From: Burkholderiaceae bacterium
GTDB lineage: Bacteria; Pseudomonadota; Gammaproteobacteria; Burkholderiales; Burkholderiaceae_D
Length of the DNA: 44,825 nt
NCBI GenBank assembly: GCA_039920865.1
Contig: JBDSCZ010000287.1
Coordinates: 1 to 44,825, forward strand
Direction: 5' to 3'
Part shown: piece after piece, positions 10,860 through 21,816 of the stretch
How positions within the stretch are numbered: the first letter of the stretch is position 1
How the letters are laid out: each line of letters starts with the position of its first letter
Notes under the pieces: model-generated
What the model was told of the DNA's origin: nothing
The model's input: the letters and a program-made list of their open reading frames with translations, nothing else
The model's database searches: none
Translations under genes and position numbers: made by a program

Positions 10860-11779
10860 AGCTGCCGCTCCTGAATGCGACACGGATTCTAGTGGTCGGC
10901 GATGTGATGCTGGACCGCTACTGGTTCGGCGACGTCAACCGGATATCGCCGGAAGCGCCGGTGCCGGTAGTGCATGTGGCGAAAAGCGAAGAACGCCTGG
11001 GTGGCGCAGCCAACGTGGCACGCAATGTGGCGGCGCTGGGAGTGCACGCGGGTTTGCTGGGCGTAGTGGGGCAGGACGAGGCAGGTGACGCGATTGCGCG
11101 CCTGCTGGGTGAGTCTGTAATTCACAATTACCTGCAGCGCGATGCTACGACGTCGACCATCGTCAAGTTACGCGTGATTGGCCGCCAGCAGCAATTGCTG
11201 CGCATCGATTTCGAGCGAGCTCCCGCCGATGACGCGCTGCGCAATAAGCTGGCCCAGTTTGAAGCTTTGCTATCGGACTACGATATCGTCGTGTTATCCG
11301 ATTATGCTAAAGGCGGCCTGGTCGATGTGGCCGCCATGATCCGGTTGGCGCGACATGCCGGCAAGACGGTGTTGGTCGATCCGAAAGGCGATGATTTCTC
11401 CTGCTATGCCGGAGCTTCTATATTGACGCCGAACATGGCTGAGTTTCGCGCCATCGTTGGCAGTTGGAGCAGCGAGGCCGAACTGACTGCCAAAGCCCAG
11501 CAACTGCGCGTAAAGCTGCAACTGGAGGCGTTGTTGCTAACCCGTTCCGAAGAAGGTATGACGCTGTATACGGCGCAGGGCGAATCGCACGCGCCGACCA
11601 TGGCGCGCGAAGTGTATGACGTCTCGGGTGCCGGAGATACCGTAATTGCTACCCTGGCCGTGATGCTGGGGGCCGGACTGCCGCTGGAAGTGGCGGTATC
11701 CTACGCCAACCGGGCCGGTGGCATCGTGGTGGCGAAACTGGGTACGGCCACCGTTTCCCTCGATGAATTGGCGGATTGA
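10856..11779 (+). CDS. hldE: D-glycero-beta-D-manno-heptose-7-phosphate kinase (stand-alone kinase domain, RfaE1/HldA)
   Basis: VVGDVMLDRYW, RISPEAPVPV, SDYAKG, VYDVSGAGDTV; no adenylyltransferase domain. Confidence 0.93.
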   Translation: MKLPLLNATRILVVGDVMLDRYWFGDVNRISPEAPVPVVHVAKSEERLGGAANVARNVAALGVHAGLLGVVGQDEAGDAIARLLGESVIHNYLQRDATTSTIVKLRVIGRQQQLLRIDFERAPADDALRNKLAQFEALLSDYDIVVLSDYAKGGLVDVAAMIRLARHAGKTVLVDPKGDDFSCYAGASILTPNMAEFRAIVGSWSSEAELTAKAQQLRVKLQLEALLLTRSEEGMTLYTAQGESHAPTMAREVYDVSGAGDTVIATLAVMLGAGLPLEVAVSYANRAGGIVVAKLGTATVSLDELAD

Positions 11780-11913
11780 AAGTTCCGGTCAAAGCGATCT
11801 ATGGGCCGGTTTGTATAAACTTGTTGTATAGTCTATAAAGTTACTTGCAAGTGCATTTTGCCGCCGCTGTTTCGACTGCTTTAATCATCATCAACCTACT
11901 AAAGAGGAATGAA

Positions 11914-12321
11914 ATGTTCAAAAAATTATTGCTGGGCGTAGTTAGTTTAATCGCCACGATGGGCTTTGCATTCGCCCAGGTCGACGTCAACAAGGCAGAT
12001 CAGGCGGCATTGGACGGCATTAAAGGTATTGGGCCGGCCACCTCCAAGACCATTCTCGACGAGCGCAAGAAGGGCGGGGACTTCAAGGACTGGGCTGATT
12101 TCGAAAAGCGGGTCAAGGGCATCGGCGAGAAAAACTCCACCAAACTTTCGCAAGCGGGCTTAACGATCAATGGTCAGAATAAGCCAAATGCGCCCGCCAA
12201 AGCTGCTACCGCTGCCAAGGCCGACAAAAAAATGAAAGCTGCGGCATCGGAAAAAGCAATGCCGAACACCGCTATGCCGGCCGCAACCCCGGCCAGCAAG
12301 GATATGAAAGCTAAACCGTAA
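11914..12321 (+). CDS. ComEA-family helix-hairpin-helix periplasmic protein
   Basis: Signal peptide, VDVNKAD..LDGIKGIGP..RVKGIG HhH motifs, Ala/Lys-rich tail; RBS AGAGG before ATG 11914. Confidence 0.88.
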   Translation: MFKKLLLGVVSLIATMGFAFAQVDVNKADQAALDGIKGIGPATSKTILDERKKGGDFKDWADFEKRVKGIGEKNSTKLSQAGLTINGQNKPNAPAKAATAAKADKKMKAAASEKAMPNTAMPAATPASKDMKAKP

Positions 12322-12332
12322 GCTCTACAATT

Positions 12333-12362
12333 AGTTGTAGGCAAGTTGTAGATAAGTTGTAG
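12333..12362 (+). repeat. Three AGTTGTAG direct repeats with 11-bp period
   Basis: AGTTGTAG at 12333, 12344 and 12355; inverted CTACAA at 12325. Confidence 0.8.
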
Positions 12363-12374
12363 ATTTTTCTTCTG

Positions 12375-12406
12375 AACCCCGCACATGCAAGTCGCGGGGT
12401 TTTTTT
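12375..12406 (+). terminator. Intrinsic terminator after comEA
   Basis: AACCCCGC...GCGGGGTT followed by T tract. Confidence 0.8.
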
Positions 12407-12493
12407 GTTGCCAAGTGATTTGCCAACCAGTAAGCGCGCACTGTCGCTACTGGGATTAAAATACAGCTTTGTTGATGCGACAGACCGGACACC

Positions 12494-13396
12494 ATGCCTT
12501 ACCAAACAATAGAAGACACGATAGGCAACACCCCTTTGGTTCAACTGAAACGGATTGCGTGTGCTGATACCTCAGGTAGAAATAACGTTATCCTGGGCAA
12601 GATGGAAGGCAATAATCCGGCCGGTTCGGTCAAGGATAGGGCTGCTTTGTCGATGATCATGCGCGCCGAAGAGCGCGGCGAGATCAAGCCTGGCGATACC
12701 CTGATTGAGGCCACTAGCGGCAATACCGGAATTGCGCTGGCGATGGTGGCTTCCATCCGCGGCTACAAGATGATTTTGCTGATGCCGGAAAACCTCAGTA
12801 TGGAGCGGCGTCAAAGCATGTCTGCTTATGGTGCACAACTGGTGCTCACGCCCAAAATCGGCGGCATGGAATATGCCCGGGATCTGGCGCTGCAGATGCA
12901 GAAGGATGGCCAAGGCATCATCCTTGACCAGTTCGCCAATCCGGATAACCCGCGCGCGCATTATGAAACTACCGGGCCAGAAATATGGCGCGATACTAAA
13001 GGACGCGTGACGCATTTTGTGAGTGCGATGGGCACCACCGGTACCATCATGGGCGTGTCGCAGTATTTGAAAGAGCAAAACGGTGCAGTGCGCATTATTG
13101 GTGCGCAACCGGAAGAGGGCTCGCAGATTCCTGGCATCCGTAAATGGCCGGAAGCCTATCTGCCAAAAATCTATGACAAGTCCAGAGTCGATCAGATTGA
13201 ATCGGTAAGCCAGGCAGCATCGGAACACATGGCAAGACGACTGGCGGTCGATGAGGGTATTTTCTGCGGCATTTCAGCAGCTGGAGCGTGCGAAGTTGCG
13301 CTACGGATTTCTCAAACGGTAGAGAATGCAACCATCGTTTTTATCGTTTGTGATCGCGGTGACCGTTACCTCTCGACCGGAGTCTTTCCGGCCTGA
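12494..13396 (+). CDS. cysM: Cysteine synthase B
   Basis: NPAGSVKDR, EATSGNTG, MGTTGT, CDRGDRYLSTGVF. Confidence 0.95.
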   Translation: MPYQTIEDTIGNTPLVQLKRIACADTSGRNNVILGKMEGNNPAGSVKDRAALSMIMRAEERGEIKPGDTLIEATSGNTGIALAMVASIRGYKMILLMPENLSMERRQSMSAYGAQLVLTPKIGGMEYARDLALQMQKDGQGIILDQFANPDNPRAHYETTGPEIWRDTKGRVTHFVSAMGTTGTIMGVSQYLKEQNGAVRIIGAQPEEGSQIPGIRKWPEAYLPKIYDKSRVDQIESVSQAASEHMARRLAVDEGIFCGISAAGACEVALRISQTVENATIVFIVCDRGDRYLSTGVFPA

Positions 13397-13643
13397 TAAG
13401 CAGGCCTGGCAAGGCTATCTAACCGAGAATAGAGGGCTCAGTTTCAGTGTATCTGTGAAGCTGGGGGCACTCTGAAATAAGTTTTGCACTTTTACTTAGC
13501 AAAAAAATCATCAATACCCCTTAATTTCGGGTGGCAGCCAGAAACGCTGCAGCCTTTCGGCAAATGCATAGGTCAGTATTTTACGAGCATTCGATTGGCT
13601 CGGACGCAGGACTGATAGCACGTCAGTCCTGTGATCGAAAGCA

Positions 13644-13967
13644 TTATGCTTCTGCCGTCTCTTTTGGTTTGAACTGCTTATCGCTGATCCTGAACTTGTT
13701 GCGGCGATCGCCCATCAGGTAGCGCAAATCGCGGATGCTCAATTCACTCACTTCGTGCATCCTTATCAGCAGAGATGCTCCGACTGGCAATCTGCGGTGG
13801 CGGATTTTGCTGATAACAGGTGGTGCAACTTCCAGTGCCCTGGAAAGTGCCGCGTCGTTTTTCAGATGCAGTTTTTCGATCAGTGTATCCAGCAGGCGGT
13901 TTGGATTGTATTCAAACTGATCCATTAGTGCGGTGCTGCCGGTGTCGTTGTCTGTTTGAGTGGTCAT
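13644..13967 (-). CDS. Small uncharacterised XRE/Cro-like helix-turn-helix protein
   Basis: LKNDAALSRALEVAPPVISKIRH pattern resembles a phage-repressor-type HTH; basic C-terminus; long AT-rich upstream region. Confidence 0.8.
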   Translation of the reverse strand: MTTQTDNDTGSTALMDQFEYNPNRLLDTLIEKLHLKNDAALSRALEVAPPVISKIRHRRLPVGASLLIRMHEVSELSIRDLRYLMGDRRNKFRISDKQFKPKETAEA

Positions 13968-14410
13968 GATCTTGGACTTTCATTTTTTAAATTATAAGGT
14001 GATGGACACGCAACAAGGAATCTGCTTATTCATGCATCGCGGTGTAGTAATACCGTGAGATCGCCTTAAGCCGTAAGCAAATTTACATTTGAAAACAAAT
14101 TTTCAGATACATATGTACGGCAGTGCGGATTGCTATTCACGTTCTCATAATTGCTAAGCGATTACGTAAATATTGCGACAACGATACTTTAAAATTCATG
14201 TAAATAAATATTGCTATAAAAATAATATAGTGAAAAAATTTCACACTGCAATTACCTTGATGCGCTTCTAATTAATGCCGTACAGCAAAAATTTTCGTGA
14301 TATTAATCTCATTTTGATAAAAATACTTACAAAACATATGTCAGACTGTCAAAAAATAGAAAAAATCCCTTCACTCAGGAAATATTTTGTCAGATCGATA
14401 ATGCCTTGAT

Positions 14411-14424
14411 TTGATTGTTGTCAA
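14411..14424. promoter_or_regulatory. Possible FNR/CRP-family box
   Basis: TTGAT-TGTT-GTCAA, one mismatch to TTGAT-N4-ATCAA, upstream of the HTH gene. Confidence 0.3.
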
Positions 14425-14477
14425 TCTTGCATTGAGTATGTTGAGTAACCGGATTGATGCCAGCCAAGTTATGGTTG

Positions 14478-15581
14478 CTAGCGGTTGCGCACGGCGCTGA
14501 CGGTGCGGCCGAGCTCGATTACCGACATCGCGTAAAAAAAGCTGCGGTTATACCGAGTGATGGCGAAAAAATTGTCGGTACCCAGCCAGTATTCGGTTGC
14601 TTCGGTACCGTTTTGCAAATCGACCAGGCCGTACAGCAAATCGGTTGGGGCTTGCGGACCCGGCACTACGCCTGCGCTCGCCAATGCATCGAACGTGTAT
14701 TTTGCCTCCAGTCCTTGGCCGATGAACGACGTCCACAGCTGGTCGCTGCCGGTCGACGGTGCAATGGTTGCCGGGAAGACGATCGGGTAACCGCGCCTCC
14801 AGCCGTGCATCGTCAGATAATGGGCCACACTGCCAATTGCATCCGCGGGCGAATTTTGCAAATCGATCTTGCCGTCTTGGTCGAAATCGACCGCATATGC
14901 ACGAATGCTGCTGGGCATGAACTGCGGCCATCCGATCGCCCCTGCATAGGATCCCGTCAGCGACCATGGGTCGATGCCGGACTCGCGCGTATATAACAGG
15001 ACATTTTCGAGCTCAGCGCGGAAAAAATCCATTCTCGCCATGCGTGTCGGAGTATTCGGATAATCGAAGCCGAGCGTGGTAAGCACATCGAGCACGCGAA
15101 AATTTCCGGTGTTGCGGCCATACACCGTTTCCACACCGATAATGCCGACAATGATTTCTGCCGGAATGCCAAATTGTATTTCAGCACGCTCCAGATCGCT
15201 GGCGTAGTCGTTCCAAAATTGCACGCCGGCGTTGACGCGTAGCGGTTCAACGAAGCGTGCGCGGTAAGCCTGCCAATTCTTGGGGCGCCCCGTTGGTGCC
15301 GGTTTCATTAGCTGGACTGCGGTATCGGAATATTCGACCCGAGCCAGGACCGATTGCAGTTCGGCCTTGTTGAAACCATGCTTTTCGACCATCTGATCGA
15401 CGAAGCCGGCAACTTCTTTCCATTCTCCGAAATTGACGAATTCACCTTGATGCTCTTGCGTTAATGCGCCGGGTTGCGCGGCTCTGGTATCAGAGTGCGC
15501 TCCCAATCCCAGTGCGAGCAGCATGGGCAGGGTGGCGCGGCAGGCGAAGCGTGGCAAAGTTTTGGAGAAGTTCATCGGCAT
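14478..15581 (-). CDS. mltB: Lytic murein transglycosylase B (start uncertain)
   Basis: IIGVETVYG catalytic Glu, GSYAGAIGWPQFMPSS, DFDQDGKIDL EF-hand, ITRYNRSFFYAM. Confidence 0.93.
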   Translation of the reverse strand: MPMNFSKTLPRFACRATLPMLLALGLGAHSDTRAAQPGALTQEHQGEFVNFGEWKEVAGFVDQMVEKHGFNKAELQSVLARVEYSDTAVQLMKPAPTGRPKNWQAYRARFVEPLRVNAGVQFWNDYASDLERAEIQFGIPAEIIVGIIGVETVYGRNTGNFRVLDVLTTLGFDYPNTPTRMARMDFFRAELENVLLYTRESGIDPWSLTGSYAGAIGWPQFMPSSIRAYAVDFDQDGKIDLQNSPADAIGSVAHYLTMHGWRRGYPIVFPATIAPSTGSDQLWTSFIGQGLEAKYTFDALASAGVVPGPQAPTDLLYGLVDLQNGTEATEYWLGTDNFFAITRYNRSFFYAMSVIELGRTVSAVRNR

Positions 15582-15824
15582 AGTGTGAGGGTGGATTGGG
15601 GTTCTGGCGGGGTGGTCGAGGCAGAGCAGTCGGGCGAATGCAAGGAGTTGGAAAAACATGAAAATCCGATTCGGAGGCGTAATATACAGAAGTGTAAACG
15701 GTGCAGTGGGATTGCGTCAGTATCCGGGTGTCGGAAGCGCACCGCGTACCGCGTAATGCCTTGTATGTATCAATACCCTAACCCGATTCGATTCGAGAAT
15801 GCCGCGTCCGGCGGTTTTGCATCC

Positions 15825-16775
15825 ATGACTACAGCTTTTTATACCCATCCCGATTGCATGCTCCATGAAATGGGCGACTGGCATCCGGAGTCGCCGGCCC
15901 GGTTGCAAGCGATTGAAGACCAGTTGATTTCCAGCCGGATTGGCACCTATCTGGAGTTTCGCCAGGCGCCGTCCGCCAATCTTGCCGACATCGCCCGCGT
16001 CCATACGCCGGCGGCGATTGCGCTGGTGCGCGATAATGTGCCGCGCGTGCCGCAGGCGCAAAGCGGCCAAGCCAGTTATTACCCGCTGGATGGCGATACT
16101 TCGCTCAATGCATTTAGCTGGAAAGCGGCGCTGGCGGCTGCCGGCGCTGCAGTTGCCGCCACCGATGCGGTCATCGCAGGCGAGATTGAAAACGCATTTT
16201 GTTCGATCCGCCCGCCCGGTCACCACGCAAGGCCGACTGAGCCGATGGGCTTTTGCCTGTTCAATAACATCGCCATCGCGGTCCGGCACGCGCTGGAAGT
16301 GCACGGCCTGCAGCGTGTGGCCATCGTCGATTTCGACGTGCACCACGGCAACGGCACCGAGGAAGCATTCGCCAACGAGCCGAGGGTGCTGATGGCAAGT
16401 CTGTTCCAGCATCCTTTTTATCCGTATAGCGGGACTGACCCCAGCATCAAAAATGCGCTCAACATCGCGTTGCCTGCCTATACCGGAGGCGCAGCAGTGC
16501 GTGATCAGATTACCGAAAAATGGTTGCCGGCACTGCACGCATACCGGCCGCAAATGATCTTCATTTCGGCCGGTTTCGATGCGCACCGGGAAGATGATAT
16601 CGGCCAGATGGATCTGGTCGAAGCCGATTACGCATGGATTACCCGGCAGATCATGGACGTCGCCAAACTGCATGCAGGCGGACGCATCGTCAGTTGCCTC
16701 GAAGGTGGCTACAACCTGTCTGCGCTGGGGCGCAGCGTGGTAGCGCATCTGCAGGTGCTGGCCGGACTGGATTAA
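15825..16775 (+). CDS. Histone deacetylase-family amidohydrolase (start revised to MTTAFY)
   Basis: HPESPARL, RPPGHHA, GFCLFNN, DFDVHHGNGT, SAGFDAH, LEGGY. Confidence 0.93.
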   Translation: MTTAFYTHPDCMLHEMGDWHPESPARLQAIEDQLISSRIGTYLEFRQAPSANLADIARVHTPAAIALVRDNVPRVPQAQSGQASYYPLDGDTSLNAFSWKAALAAAGAAVAATDAVIAGEIENAFCSIRPPGHHARPTEPMGFCLFNNIAIAVRHALEVHGLQRVAIVDFDVHHGNGTEEAFANEPRVLMASLFQHPFYPYSGTDPSIKNALNIALPAYTGGAAVRDQITEKWLPALHAYRPQMIFISAGFDAHREDDIGQMDLVEADYAWITRQIMDVAKLHAGGRIVSCLEGGYNLSALGRSVVAHLQVLAGLD

Positions 16776-16893
16776 CAAAACTCGATCGGTGCTGCCGCAT
16801 CGCCGATTGCCACAGCTCCAGCTTGGAGGATTCTTGATGGATAACGCCACAACTCCGTACAATAGCGGTTTATCTCGCAAGAATTGATTCCGC

Positions 16894-17826
16894 ATGTCCA
16901 TACAATGGTTCCCCGGCCACATGAACGCCGCCCGCAAGAAGGCGGCGGAAACCATGGAAACCACCGATCTGGTGGTCGAAGTGCTCGATGCACGCATCCC
17001 GCAAGCCAGCTGCAATCCGATGGTCGAAGAGTTGCGCCTGTTCCGGCAGCGTCCTTGTCTCAAAATCCTGAATAAGAGCGATCTGGCTGATCCTGTGGCG
17101 ACCCAGGCCTGGTTGGCTTTTTATAATAGTCAGAAGAACGTGCGCGCGGTCGCGCTGTCCTGCAAAAATCCGGCCGATGTGCTGAAAATACCCGCCTTGT
17201 GCCTGCAGCAGGCGCCGCATCGCGGCGTGCCGACCAAGGCGCTGCGGATGATGATCATGGGCATCCCGAACGTCGGCAAATCGACGCTGATGAACGCTTT
17301 GCTCAAACGACGCGTGGCCAAGGTCGGCGACGAGCCGGCGGTGACCAAGGTGCAGCAAAGGCTGTACCTGAACAAGAACATGATTCTGACCGACACGCCC
17401 GGCATGTTGTGGCCGAAAATCGCCCATCCGACCGACGGCCTGATGCTGGCTGCCAGCCACGCGATCGGCGTCAACGCGTTGATGGAGGATGAGGTTGCAA
17501 TCTTCCTGGCGGAAATCCTGCTGCAACACTATCCACACATGCTGTCGACGCGCTACGGCATGAAGACTGAGGGCATCGATGCCGTCAGCGTGGTTGAAGG
17601 TGTGGCGCAGCGCCGCGGTTTCCGGCTCAAGGGCGGTGACTGGGATTTTGAAAAAGCCGCGCATATCCTGCTGCAGGATTACCGTACCGGCACGTTGGGG
17701 CGCATCAGCCTGGAGACGCCGGAAAGCCGCGCCCATCTGCTCGCCACCTATGTGCCGCCGGTATTGCTGGGGCAGTCGCGGCGGATCATGGACGAGGCCG
17801 ACGAGGCTGAAGAAGGTGATCTGTAG
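16894..17826 (+). CDS. ylqF: Ribosome biogenesis GTPase YlqF/RbgA
   Basis: IQWFPGHM, LNKSDLAD, GIPNVGKS, DTPG (circularly permuted GTPase). Confidence 0.94.
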   Translation: MSIQWFPGHMNAARKKAAETMETTDLVVEVLDARIPQASCNPMVEELRLFRQRPCLKILNKSDLADPVATQAWLAFYNSQKNVRAVALSCKNPADVLKIPALCLQQAPHRGVPTKALRMMIMGIPNVGKSTLMNALLKRRVAKVGDEPAVTKVQQRLYLNKNMILTDTPGMLWPKIAHPTDGLMLAASHAIGVNALMEDEVAIFLAEILLQHYPHMLSTRYGMKTEGIDAVSVVEGVAQRRGFRLKGGDWDFEKAAHILLQDYRTGTLGRISLETPESRAHLLATYVPPVLLGQSRRIMDEADEAEEGDL

Positions 17827-17841
17827 TCATTGAAATCTTAG

Positions 17842-17911
17842 GGGTATGCATAAAAACAACGTATTTCCCGCATAATTTAATTGCGATGTATTTTTATACA
17901 ATGTGGAGTAT
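17842..17911 (-). repeat. Dispersed spaced-motif element, copy C
   Basis: Minus strand: ATAC tccacatt GTAT aaaaatacat CGCA attaaatta TGCG N21 ATAC cc. Confidence 0.82.
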
Positions 17912-17934
17912 TAATTCAATATAAGAGGGCGGAC

Positions 17935-18735
17935 ATGAGCGACTCAGGAGCAATCACACAAGCTGCAATGGTGCTGCGCAACGACAGCGGCGGCATCGCC
18001 ACGCTGACCTTGAATCGTGCTGCACAGTTCAACCCGCTCTCCGAGCAGATGATGGCGGCGTTGCAGACTGCGCTGGAAGCAATCGCGAAAGATGATGCGG
18101 TGCGGGTCGTGGTGCTGGCAGCCGAGGGCCGGGCGTTCTGCGCCGGCCACGACCTGAAGCAGATGCGCGCCACGCCCGAGCTGGATTATTACCAGACATT
18201 GTTCAAACAATGCAGCAAGCTGATGCTGACCATCCAGCAACTGCCGCAACCGGTGATTGCCAGGGTGCAGGGCATTGCTACTGCAGCCGGTTGCCAACTG
18301 GTTGCCATGTGCGATTTGGCGGTCGCTTCCAGCGAAGCCAGGTTTGCGGTGTCGGGCATCAATTTTGGCCTATTCTGCGCAACACCATCTGTAGCGCTGT
18401 CGCGCAACGTGTCGCGCAAGCAAACAATGGAAATGCTGTTGACCGGCGACTTCATCGATGCCCAGACCGCCTTGGCGCGCGGTCTGATCAATCGGGTGGC
18501 AGTGCCTGAGCAACTGGATTCCGAAGTCGCAACACTGACGGCTAGCATCCTGTCCAAGCCGGCCGTTGCAGTCGCGTTGGGCAAGCAATTGTTTTATCGG
18601 CAGCTGGAAATGGGCATCGATGCCGCGTATCAGCTGGCGGGGCAAACGATGGCATGCAACATGATGGACCAGGCGGCGCTGGAAGGCGTGCAGGCCTTCA
18701 TCGACAAGCGTGCGCCCGACTGGCAGCAGCAGTGA
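17935..18735 (+). CDS. Enoyl-CoA hydratase/crotonase-family protein (start revised to MSDSG)
   Basis: FCAGHDLK, ATAAGCQLVAMCDL, GLFCATP. Confidence 0.92.
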   Translation: MSDSGAITQAAMVLRNDSGGIATLTLNRAAQFNPLSEQMMAALQTALEAIAKDDAVRVVVLAAEGRAFCAGHDLKQMRATPELDYYQTLFKQCSKLMLTIQQLPQPVIARVQGIATAAGCQLVAMCDLAVASSEARFAVSGINFGLFCATPSVALSRNVSRKQTMEMLLTGDFIDAQTALARGLINRVAVPEQLDSEVATLTASILSKPAVAVALGKQLFYRQLEMGIDAAYQLAGQTMACNMMDQAALEGVQAFIDKRAPDWQQQ

Positions 18736-18820
18736 CTGTGCATTGATTGCGCATGGAGGTTGAAGCGCCTGCAGATCAATACTCCTGCAAAATACTTCTG
18801 AGATTCTTCGCCTACCAAAC

Positions 18821-18858
18821 AAAAAGTCCCCGTTAGCTTGCGCTAACGGGGACTTTTT
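18821..18858. terminator. Bidirectional intrinsic terminator between convergent genes
   Basis: AAAAAGTCCCCGTTAGC-TTGC-GCTAACGGGGACTTTTT. Confidence 0.9.
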
Positions 18859-18906
18859 AATGAGAAGCAGCGTGCTTCTGCGGTAATGCAATAACCGAAA
18901 CGGTTA

Positions 18907-20571
<1,665 letters not shown>

Positions 20572-20667
20572 CTAAACTGATTTTCGGGGCAGGCAAATGC
20601 TTGAAAGTTTGCCGGCCAAAGAATGTGATATGACTAAATTATTGATGCCTGACTGATGGCGTGTTGA

Positions 20668-20958
20668 TTACTTCTCAACCACGGCCATGATGTCTTCTTC
20701 GCGCATGACCAGCAATTCATCACCTTCAACCTTGACTGTCTGTCCAGAATATTTACCGAACAAAACGCGGTCGCCAACTTTTACAGCCAACGCACGAACT
20801 GAGCCGTCTTCCAGAATCTTGCCGTTACCGATTGCCAAAACTTCACCTTGATCCGGTTTTTCGGCTGCTGCTTCAGGCAGAACGATGCCGGATGCGGTTT
20901 TTGTTTCCTGATCCAGACGTTTGACGATAACGCGGTCATGCAAAGGACGAAGATTCAT
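20668..20958 (-). CDS. groS: Co-chaperonin GroES
   Basis: [34 protein letters not shown]. Confidence 0.99.
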   Translation of the reverse strand: MNLRPLHDRVIVKRLDQETKTASGIVLPEAAAEKPDQGEVLAIGNGKILEDGSVRALAVKVGDRVLFGKYSGQTVKVEGDELLVMREEDIMAVVEK

Positions 20959-21082
20959 AAAAATTCCTTAATTTTCAATAGGTTGTTGTTTCCTTGCGGC
21001 ATTTCTGCCACAAAGCATTCTTACTGCGCAGCCTTATCAGAATCAGGCCTTGCCGCAAAATTTCAAAGGCCAGGAGGATTTG

Positions 21083-21109
21083 TTAGCACTCTCCCTTGGC
21101 GAGTGCTAA
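21083..21109. promoter_or_regulatory. CIRCE element (HrcA operator)
   Basis: Perfect TTAGCACTC-N9-GAGTGCTAA upstream of groES. Confidence 0.95.
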
Positions 21110-21111
21110 TT

Positions 21112-21138
21112 ATATGGGGGCTTATTGGCTTTTTCAAG
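21112..21138 (-). promoter_or_regulatory. Sigma32 (RpoH) promoter of groESL
   Basis: Minus strand CTTGAA-N13-CCCCATAT directly upstream of CIRCE. Confidence 0.85.
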
Positions 21139-21445
21139 ACGTCAAAAATAACAAGCATGGAATTATATTTCCAGTCTTTATTTGTCGGAAATTATCTGTC
21201 TATGCACTGTGCTCACTTAGTCACATACATGTTCTTGTGGACATTCGGCGAGAAAATAGCCTGAGAAAATGCAAATCTGCAAACTTATTTTGTTAATAAT
21301 TGTTTCAGCGGCTTTCATTCTTGCCACAGGCGGCTAATAATATTATTGATTTGTTATTGATTCTATTGGGTGCGCTGGTGAGTCGAGTTAAAGCACGCAA
21401 CAGTGTGACCCTGGTCTCAATGTTTTGCGCGGCTAGGTGACTATC

Positions 21446-21802
21446 ATGAAATCTGTCAAGTCTGTGTTACTGTTCGCCATCCTGTTGGCGGCGGTTGCCC
21501 GCGAACCGGCATGGGCTGATCGGGGGCATCATGCGGGCGGCCGCGGGGGCGCGCATTTCGGCGTGTTTATTGGAGCGCCACTGGTTTGGCCTTATTCTCC
21601 TGCACCTTATTATTACCCCGGGCCTTATTACTACCCATCCGCCATTGCGGTGCCATCATCCCCCCCGGTTTATATTGAGCAGGATCCATTGCCCGCACAA
21701 CAGTACTGGTACTTTTGCAGCAATCCACAGGGATACTACCCTTATGTGAAGCAGTGCCCGGCAGGCTGGCAGCAGGTCACGCCACAACCTCCCGGCAATT
21801 GA
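21446..21802 (+). CDS. Exported Pro/Tyr-rich hypothetical protein
   Basis: Signal peptide ending AWA, PYYYP repeats, WYFCSNPQGYYPYVKQCPAGW Cys pair. Confidence 0.8.
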   Translation: MKSVKSVLLFAILLAAVAREPAWADRGHHAGGRGGAHFGVFIGAPLVWPYSPAPYYYPGPYYYPSAIAVPSSPPVYIEQDPLPAQQYWYFCSNPQGYYPYVKQCPAGWQQVTPQPPGN

Positions 21803-21816
21803 TCGGAGCCGATATC

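Noticed and set aside
15720-15779. Possible ninth element copy (GTAT...CGCG...ATACCC)
   Set aside because: Spacings do not fit (N14/N8/N19) and TGCG is absent.
17841-17878. GGGGTATGC... as a Tn3-family 38-bp inverted repeat
   Set aside because: No terminal TAAG, no partner IR, no transposase; better explained as element copy C.
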